DNA of 64,000 bases from contig OZ286466.1 in assembly GCA_965644265.1 (NCBI GenBank), forward strand, positions 65,162,001 to 65,226,000. Direction: 5' to 3'. The translations under genes were made by a program, and so were the position numbers. This document shows positions 62,613 through 64,000 of this stretch, one piece after another. A model generated the notes under the pieces. The model was not told the origin of the DNA. It saw only the letters and a list, made by a program, of their open reading frames with translations, and searched no databases. Source of the stretch: Glycera tridactyla (lineage: Eukaryota). Every line of letters begins with the position of its first letter. Within the stretch, counting starts at the first letter, position 1.

Positions 62613-64000
62613 CTACGACTGTTTTCACGTGACTTGGATGCAGGAACCTCCCAATGAATGATCTCCAGACCTGACACAGCATGTGGCGCACTGAGTAATG
62701 AGCGGAGAGGGCATTTGAGGATATCAGCAATAGTCATGGTCCCATGTGAAATAACTAGGCTCGCCGAGTCCCTGATTAATGCTCTCGGTGCTGAATGATG
62801 ACATGAACCTTCTCGAGCGGAAGGCAAATGCCGAACTCTCTAATATAAATCGAATTCTGTGGCTGCGTAGACTATAGCAAGACTATATCAATATCCATAA
62901 CGTTTTCCCTTCTGCTGGCAATGATCCTGGTCTGCCTGTGTACACGTTTGGACGGTTGTAAACTGAGAAAATGTGGATTTCCCGTTAGGTCTCGCCCCTG
63001 TGTAATTTCAAGGATATAATGAGTAGCCGCACAGAGCTTCCCTTCCCCGATGCCCGAAATATTCTGAGATGGCTGTTAGGCAGTAAATACCTGTTCGTTC
63101 ACATCTTTCCAACTTTTTGTTCATAGTGTTCTCGTTAGCATTGCAGGCCACTTTTTGGAGCCAAATTACGTTCATGAATATGACATTTATTGCAATTGCA
63201 TTCTGTTGAAATAGACATGGATTAATCCCTGGAAGATGTTTGATCCGATTTTGGAGATAGACATTCAACCAATTCACCGATTTTGGAGATTGACATTCAA
63301 CCAATTCACCGATTTTGGAGATTTTGGTTCAACCAAAATGGTCATGTATGCCATGTGTTCCTGATCCTGACCCCGAACACAAGATAATGGAAAGTTTAGA
63401 TGCCTTGTGAGTGTTTTTGAGATAGGTTGATGCAAATATCTCAGGAATACGTATTGAGTTCTGGATACCTTGGCGACTCACCTCGCACACCAAAATAACC
63501 ATTATTGCTTTGAATTTATCTACTGTGAAATATGACCCCTCAGAGATGTTCATGAACACGGAAAGCAAACCAAGCCGCAAGCAACATACAGATGTCATTT
63601 CAAATGGCTGCCATTAGAGACCTGGTTTCTGTGATCTTGACATATAGGCGGTGATGAGCAAGTGATGTGGTCACGTGTTACCATGGAGATTACACTACCG
63701 GTTACATGGAAACGCACTCTGCTGCCTTGACTACAAGCAAATCCCCACTACACATCATCAAACATAATATCAGCAGTGAAAACACACGCAGTTATTGCCT
63801 CCTAATTCCCCTACATCGTTCCGCTTTTATCACAATCGATAATTCACTCTAATCATGATTAGTATCCAGGGTTTATGGAAATATGGTTCATAATTGTTGT
63901 GCTGATCGCTGCAACATAGAAGTTATGGAATTTCCACTTTAACGTATCTAAAATAAGACAGCCCTATTGCACTGCGTGGGCAATTGATTTGTCGACATGA

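Overview
Eukaryotic (metazoan, probably marine invertebrate; species not determinable) AT-rich genomic DNA from a gapped draft assembly (N-runs at 6822-7024, 15267-15486, 15814-16037). There is no operon, rRNA or CRISPR structure. One gene is well supported: a minus-strand intron-containing gene whose last three coding exons (11562-10910, 8217-8142, 7113-6554) join with compatible splice phases. It encodes a putative single-pass membrane protein with a Thr/Ser/Pro-rich mucin-like stalk, a His-rich segment, an Asp/His/Tyr-rich juxtamembrane tract that runs into the first gap, one TM helix and a short tail. I recognise no family for it and its 5' end (signal peptide) was not found. The rest is a patchwork of SINE-like families, TA-flanked and other MITEs, CR1/L2-type LINE 3' ends, a Penelope GIY-YIG remnant, a possible PIF/Harbinger remnant, at least eight unrelated minisatellite arrays, microsatellites, a ~780-bp tandem triplication and two promoter-like motif clusters. 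Most ORFs in the supplied track are repeat artefacts or chance frames. All coordinates were read by eye; repeat boundaries are approximate and no database search was possible.
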